A program made the translations under genes and the position numbers. A stretch of DNA of 64,000 nt. Source: a virus. The notes beneath the pieces were generated by a model. That model saw only the letters and a program-made list of their open reading frames with translations, was not told the origin of the DNA and searched no databases. The DNA is taken from IMG/VR virus record IMGVR_UViG_3300028364_001588; one strand, given 5' to 3'. Shown here in pieces: positions 59,017 through 64,000 of this stretch. Each line of letters begins with the position of its first letter. The first letter of the stretch is position 1.

Positions 59017-60120
59017 TTAAACATCTATGTCTAAATTAAATGTAATCAAGTTTGTGTAAGTTTTTTCAACTGGCCTATCCATCTTAGCAACCGCTATAAG
59101 TTCGCTATTTTTATTATACAAACCAATCTCTGTAACTTGAACTGGTTCAAAACCATTTGTACCATTATTAAGCTCCTGAAGGTTGAATGCAAGGTTCCAA
59201 GATGGATTTGTAGAAAACACAAACTCAGAAGGAAGAGCAAGACACACTACAGAAGTTCTGAAGTTTATGTCAATATCATTAAATGTAACTTGAGAAACAC
59301 TTGCTCCTCCTGAAAAATAAACATCAGTAGTTCCTGATGAAGTATTGGCTGCATTTGTAATTAAGTCATAACCTTGTCCCCATGGAATGTTGTTCACTAT
59401 GTCTGGGTGAGTAAGTACCATAAAACCTTTATCAAGAGCTACAAACCCAACAGGGATGTCGTAATTATATCCTTGATTTGTGCTTGTTGGATATTTTTCT
59501 TGAACCATTACTGATTTGTTAACTCCAGACCATGCTCTTGTATCTGTATTAATGTCGGCAGCTTGAAGGTCGGAATATGCGTGCGCTTTTGGTTTATTTA
59601 CAAAAGGTACAACATCCCAAGTGGTTCTTGGCAAAAATGATGCGTTACCGTTTCCAGTAGTACCAGTTCTTGGCCTGTTGATGTCATCGGCAAACAAAAA
59701 AGCCACATTATTACCAAGAAGAACTGAATCTTGAGCCTTAGTAAGTTGACCATAAGTAGAAGATACCACTGTCATTCCAGACACGCCTGTAGCTCCGCTT
59801 AGTTGAGGTACAATAAATCTAACGCTTCTACCATCAATTATTTCATTGTGTTCTTCTCTTGGAATTGGAGATATAACCATGTTGTCAACATTTAACTGTT
59901 GAAGTTCTGGGTTTTGCAACGACAAAGTTGAACCTGTGTCAAGATTCGCTTGAGTGTGAGGCATTCTAAATGATATAAAATAATTTGCCTCTTTACTAAG
60001 CAAATCTGTTCTATCACATAAAGTATATGTTAGACCACTATCATTTACAGTGGTAAATGAAGAAGTTTCCTGTCTTGTTGAGATTATACTTGTTATCGGT
60101 TTGTATGGATTATTTGCCAT
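59017..60120 (-). CDS. tail/baseplate structural protein
   Basis: S.NPSW...VTEIGLYN...LIAVAK..RPV.K C-terminal motif. Confidence 0.65.
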   Translation of the reverse strand: MANNPYKPITSIISTRQETSSFTTVNDSGLTYTLCDRTDLLSKEANYFISFRMPHTQANLDTGSTLSLQNPELQQLNVDNMVISPIPREEHNEIIDGRSVRFIVPQLSGATGVSGMTVVSSTYGQLTKAQDSVLLGNNVAFLFADDINRPRTGTTGNGNASFLPRTTWDVVPFVNKPKAHAYSDLQAADINTDTRAWSGVNKSVMVQEKYPTSTNQGYNYDIPVGFVALDKGFMVLTHPDIVNNIPWGQGYDLITNAANTSSGTTDVYFSGGASVSQVTFNDIDINFRTSVVCLALPSEFVFSTNPSWNLAFNLQELNNGTNGFEPVQVTEIGLYNKNSELIAVAKMDRPVEKTYTNLITFNLDIDV

Positions 60121-60144
60121 TGTTTTTTATTTTTTTATTTAGTT

Positions 60145-60666
60145 TTAAATTGCACTACTTGTGGTGGTACCTCCAAAAGTTGCAGAAAACCTAACTGTGT
60201 ATTGAATCGCTGCCGAAGAAACGTTTGTATCTAAACCAAGAACTTGGAATACCAAAGTTTTAGCATAAGAAGCTCCTTGAGAAGGGATAGAGAGCGCTCC
60301 ATCTAAACAAAAAGTTCTAAGGTCTGCTCTATAAGCAGATGAGATACCTGTAGTGTAATCATAATATCCATCTTGAGAACCATTTGTTTTTGAACAGAAG
60401 GTTACATAAAATTCACTTGAGTTAGGTTGTGGCAGGTGTAGTTTTAAAAAATTTGCTCCTGGAGAAGTGTTTGATGTCAACGGAATGACAATCTTATTGT
60501 TTCCAATGTTAATTGCAGAAACTGGTACATTATAAGAACCTGTTGGGCCAGATACAGTATGAGGTTCAACAAAAGGGTCACCATTGTCTAAGTTGGTAGT
60601 TGTAAAATTAACCACCTGAGCCATTGGGAATCCTATAGTTGCTGGGTCTTGATTTGCTTGTGCCAT
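60145..60666 (-). CDS. virion structural protein
   Basis: T/S-rich beta composition within the structural run. Confidence 0.5.
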   Translation of the reverse strand: MAQANQDPATIGFPMAQVVNFTTTNLDNGDPFVEPHTVSGPTGSYNVPVSAINIGNNKIVIPLTSNTSPGANFLKLHLPQPNSSEFYVTFCSKTNGSQDGYYDYTTGISSAYRADLRTFCLDGALSIPSQGASYAKTLVFQVLGLDTNVSSAAIQYTVRFSATFGGTTTSSAI

Positions 60667-60689
60667 TTTTTTCTAATTTTATAAATTGA

Positions 60690-61133
60690 TTATAAGTTTG
60701 ATGCTCCTGGGCCGAATGCTACTTGTATACCGCCTGTAGGTATACTTCCAGGTGGCGGGTTTTCTCCTGCTGATTTATCAGGCAATGTTGACTCTTGAAT
60801 AAGTAGCGAGTTTCCAACTAAATCGGTGTCATACTCAACATTTATAGGTGTATCATCAAATACGAATGCAATTAAATTTGATTGCACGTAGTTTGCAGTA
60901 GTTTTCAAACAACCTTCGGATTTTCCAGTAATATCTGGAACTTCACCCGTTTCAAGTATAAAAGTAGTTTGATAGTTAGTATCTGTATCAGAAAGTGTAA
61001 ACTTAGTTATTTCAAATAAGTCATCACCATTTGTGTCAAACCTGTTTCCATTATCATCAAACAAATATGCTCTACCTGTCTCTGTCAAGTAAGCAACTGC
61101 GTAAACTGTATCTGCTGAAGGTATATATCCCAT
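60690..61133 (-). CDS. virion structural protein
   Basis: AYLTETGR...ITKFTLSD.D.NY motif; promoter 61150-61156. Confidence 0.6.
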   Translation of the reverse strand: MGYIPSADTVYAVAYLTETGRAYLFDDNGNRFDTNGDDLFEITKFTLSDTDTNYQTTFILETGEVPDITGKSEGCLKTTANYVQSNLIAFVFDDTPINVEYDTDLVGNSLLIQESTLPDKSAGENPPPGSIPTGGIQVAFGPGASNL

Positions 61134-61175
61134 TTCTTTTTATTTTATTATAAATATGTTAATTTAAAAAAACCC

Positions 61176-63206
61176 TTAAAAATCTATCTCTAATTGAAAG
61201 GCTAAATATCTGGCCGAACTTTTCTTAATAGGGTATGTAGGTTTTCCTACTGCAACAAGAACGTTGTCGCTATTTAAAACTCCAACCTCAGTTATGTATG
61301 TGGCAGTATCTAATAGTCCATCAAAACTTGAATTCTCAGAAGTGTTGTAAAGCGTGTCTGGAGCAAGAATTGTCATAACAGATTTAAAAGAAGTAGCTCT
61401 AATAGCTGCTTTTATATTTCCAAAAAAGAAAGACTCATTTCCAAAAGTCAAACCGCTTGCTGCGTAATTGTTGTTATCGCTAAATGTTGAATCCAGGACA
61501 TAAGTAGAGCCACTATCATAATCTTCTCTTGATACAACGAATTGAAATCCTGAAAGGTCTGAAGGGGAAATGGTGCTCGTGCCAGTGCTTCCAGTAAAAA
61601 GACCATTACCAGTTACTCCTGATGACATAAGTCTCCATCCATCCGTTGGTATTGTATTAAAGTTAACCGATGGGCTTGTAGTCAAATTAACTTCGTTAAC
61701 CAATAGTTGGACTTTGTTTGCATTCCACCCAGTTCCTGAATAAGAATCCATGCCAGAAGAAGTTCTTAAGTAAGGGAATAATGAAGTATTGTAAAAAGCT
61801 CTAAGATATTGAGGATTTCCAAAAGAATCTTCTGAGCCATCAATTCTTTGAATATATTGACATGGTAAAGATTGCGGATAACCATAAGAAGAGCCACTTG
61901 CTGATACTGAATCGCTTTCTGTAATGTAAGTTACAAAGTATGTATATCCGCTCTTTAGCAATCCTGTAGAAGTGGTTGTATTCAAAGGAGCCAAAGGCAC
62001 AGAAGAAGTGTCTAAATTCAAGTTAGGCAATGTATAATTTCTGTTTGATTTATATGTCAAAGCAGTCAGTAATTCTGGGTCACTAATTATAATCATCTTA
62101 AGCTTGTGGTAAACTCTACCAACAATAGAATCAGATGTAGAAGTTCCATCTCTTAAGTCTCTATAAGTCGTTTGAGAAATTGCATCAAATGTGCTTGCGC
62201 CTGCGTAGTCATATAATTTAAGACCATAAGCGGTTGCTTGACCTGCGATAGATGGGTATTTATGCCACATAACTTCTGGCATATCTATTTCTACAGATTT
62301 CTCAACAAGTTGCTCAGCATAAGTATTTCCAGTAAATTCGTTTGTATAATGAACAACGCCAAACTGTCTGGTTCCATCTTCAAATCCAAGATATTGTTTG
62401 GTTCCATTATATTCTATTGAACCGTATGTGGTATATCCACTAATTGATGTGTCAGTACCTTCTACAGAACTTGTTCTGATGATGTTCATATTCCAAACTT
62501 GAGTATTAACTGTTGCGGCAGAACCATAATAAGTCTCAACACCATTAAAAGGATAGAAATATGAATTAATTATTTGTGTCGTTGGAGATGCTCCAAAGTT
62601 TGGAACTGCTCTATCAAGGGTTACAGTTGTAGTTCCTGTATCTGCAGAAAGAACTCTGTACCATAGTTTATTTGTAGGATTAGCCGAAAGAATCGCTGTT
62701 GATGCATCATAAGTAACTCCACTATTTTGAACTGGTTCCCAAGGGATGTACATTAATTCTCCACCTGTTGGAAAATACCCAGTACCACCTCCAGCTACAG
62801 TAATAACATTTGTTCCATCAGGAACGTATGTTGAGTAGTCTATTGTATTACTACCTAAAATTTCTTCACTATCATATGCCCAAGCTCCAGTACCTCCAGT
62901 ATAAAATCCAATAGAGTTTGTTGCTGCTGTGATTATTTGATTTGCGGAACCAACCACGATATCAAATGCATCAGAGCCATCAAAACTAAGAGGGTTTGCA
63001 AATTTAGGAGCACTATCTTTTGGTGCAATTACTCTGTTGCTACACCCAATGTCATATGCGCCAGTTCTGTCAATACCATAATTAACCTCCCTATCAGAAA
63101 GGAGTGCTTTATTGAAGGTAAGCCGCCCTAATGACAGAAGTTTCCTACCGTCATCGGTAAGCTTTATGTTTATAAAAGTTGTTGACTCTTTTGGTAAGTA
63201 ACTCAT
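61176..63206 (-). CDS. tail/baseplate structural protein
   Basis: KLTDDGR...SD.EVNY N-terminus and YITEVGV...LVAVGK C-terminus; promoter 63225-63232. Confidence 0.65.
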   Translation of the reverse strand: MSYLPKESTTFINIKLTDDGRKLLSLGRLTFNKALLSDREVNYGIDRTGAYDIGCSNRVIAPKDSAPKFANPLSFDGSDAFDIVVGSANQIITAATNSIGFYTGGTGAWAYDSEEILGSNTIDYSTYVPDGTNVITVAGGGTGYFPTGGELMYIPWEPVQNSGVTYDASTAILSANPTNKLWYRVLSADTGTTTVTLDRAVPNFGASPTTQIINSYFYPFNGVETYYGSAATVNTQVWNMNIIRTSSVEGTDTSISGYTTYGSIEYNGTKQYLGFEDGTRQFGVVHYTNEFTGNTYAEQLVEKSVEIDMPEVMWHKYPSIAGQATAYGLKLYDYAGASTFDAISQTTYRDLRDGTSTSDSIVGRVYHKLKMIIISDPELLTALTYKSNRNYTLPNLNLDTSSVPLAPLNTTTSTGLLKSGYTYFVTYITESDSVSASGSSYGYPQSLPCQYIQRIDGSEDSFGNPQYLRAFYNTSLFPYLRTSSGMDSYSGTGWNANKVQLLVNEVNLTTSPSVNFNTIPTDGWRLMSSGVTGNGLFTGSTGTSTISPSDLSGFQFVVSREDYDSGSTYVLDSTFSDNNNYAASGLTFGNESFFFGNIKAAIRATSFKSVMTILAPDTLYNTSENSSFDGLLDTATYITEVGVLNSDNVLVAVGKPTYPIKKSSARYLAFQLEIDF

Positions 63207-63343
63207 TTCAGCGTATTTTTTTCTATAAATAGAATGATAAAATTTATTTAATAATTGTCCTAATATAAATAGTTTTCAATAAAAATAAATTTTGCATTGA
63301 CATTAGAAATCTTTTTCGCTAATATTTATTATAAAACAACTAC

Positions 63344-64000
63344 ATGGCAGATACTCCATCAAATCCTAATAATTCACTATCTCCAGCCTTTCAGCCAGGA
63401 CAAGACCTTAGGTTTCCTAATACGAGCTCAGAGTCTATATTTACGTTTGGTGACTTTAGAATTGAGAGAAGCGGTGAATCAGACGCTTTAACTGGCACTG
63501 CCAAAAACGTAACATTTACACCATTCTCTACTCTTGAGAACATGGGGCTTGACGATTTCAACCCAATGATTACGACTTCGGTTCAAAATAATGAATTGAG
63601 ACCCGTTGCGTCTGACCCGTATAGTTATTCTTATTTCGGCTCTTTTTATACAGAAGTAGCACGCTCAATAAATAATATTCTTAACACATTTCCTTACGCT
63701 GCTCTTTCTTATGATGATTTTAATGGAGTTACCATATATGATTATACTCAAACTTTTAATCAAATAACTGGAGAAAAAACATCTACTTTTAAAATTCCAG
63801 CAGATACAATTATAAATCAAGGATTCATTTTGTTTAACTCAGGTTCTCCAATTGGAAACCAAGTTAGTTTAATGACTCAGACAAATTTGTTTGAAATACA
63901 ATTTAGCGGAGCAACTACAGCTCAGACTGATTCGCATATTATAAAAACATATTCTTATACTGGAGGGACAAATGCAACTCTTGAGTTCACTATTGATGGT
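63344..64000 (+). CDS. large structural protein, truncated by window end
   Basis: Open frame MADTPSNP...YSYFGS...INNILNTFPY after TATTTAT at 63323-63329. Confidence 0.65.
   Translation, partial: MADTPSNPNNSLSPAFQPGQDLRFPNTSSESIFTFGDFRIERSGESDALTGTAKNVTFTPFSTLENMGLDDFNPMITTSVQNNELRPVASDPYSYSYFGSFYTEVARSINNILNTFPYAALSYDDFNGVTIYDYTQTFNQITGEKTSTFKIPADTIINQGFILFNSGSPIGNQVSLMTQTNLFEIQFSGATTAQTDSHIIKTYSYTGGTNATLEFTIDG

Noticed and set aside
63297-63491. Track ORF of 64 aa
   Set aside because: Out of frame with the long ORF from 63344 that follows the late-type promoter.

Overview
AT-rich, gene-dense 64 kb segment of a large lytic dsDNA (jumbo-type, T4-like-logic) phage. The host is most likely Bacteroidota, based on TAnnTTTG promoters, no obvious Shine-Dalgarno sites, and DUF4494-, Hc1- and LETM1-like genes. 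Content: nucleotide metabolism (adk, DHFR, dNMP kinase, split thyA); a deamidated NAD+ route (pncB-Nudix-nadD-nadE plus SLOG); RNA/translation functions (CCA-adding enzyme, HD-kinase, IF3); replication/repair (primase, SbcC with split SbcD, RuvC-like, SNF2, PD-(D/E)xK); five free-standing homing endonucleases; an amidase endolysin; many probable head-internal proteins; and the start of a tail/baseplate module. Main observations: (1) a 3'-UTR element with a perfect 19-nt antisense match to 23S rRNA helix 69, self-masked in a hairpin with a toehold aimed at the H69 loop; (2) an NAD+ pathway distinct from NARP1/NARP2; (3) two enzymes split into two polypeptides with added terminal extensions and no visible intron or intein; (4) a shared putative capsid-targeting leader, also present on enzymes; (5) three promoter classes (TATTTAT, ECF-like AAC-N16-CGTA, host TAnnTTTG). 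Several homopolymer frameshifts and G-to-T stops suggest some sequencing error. All family calls are by motif recognition, not database search.
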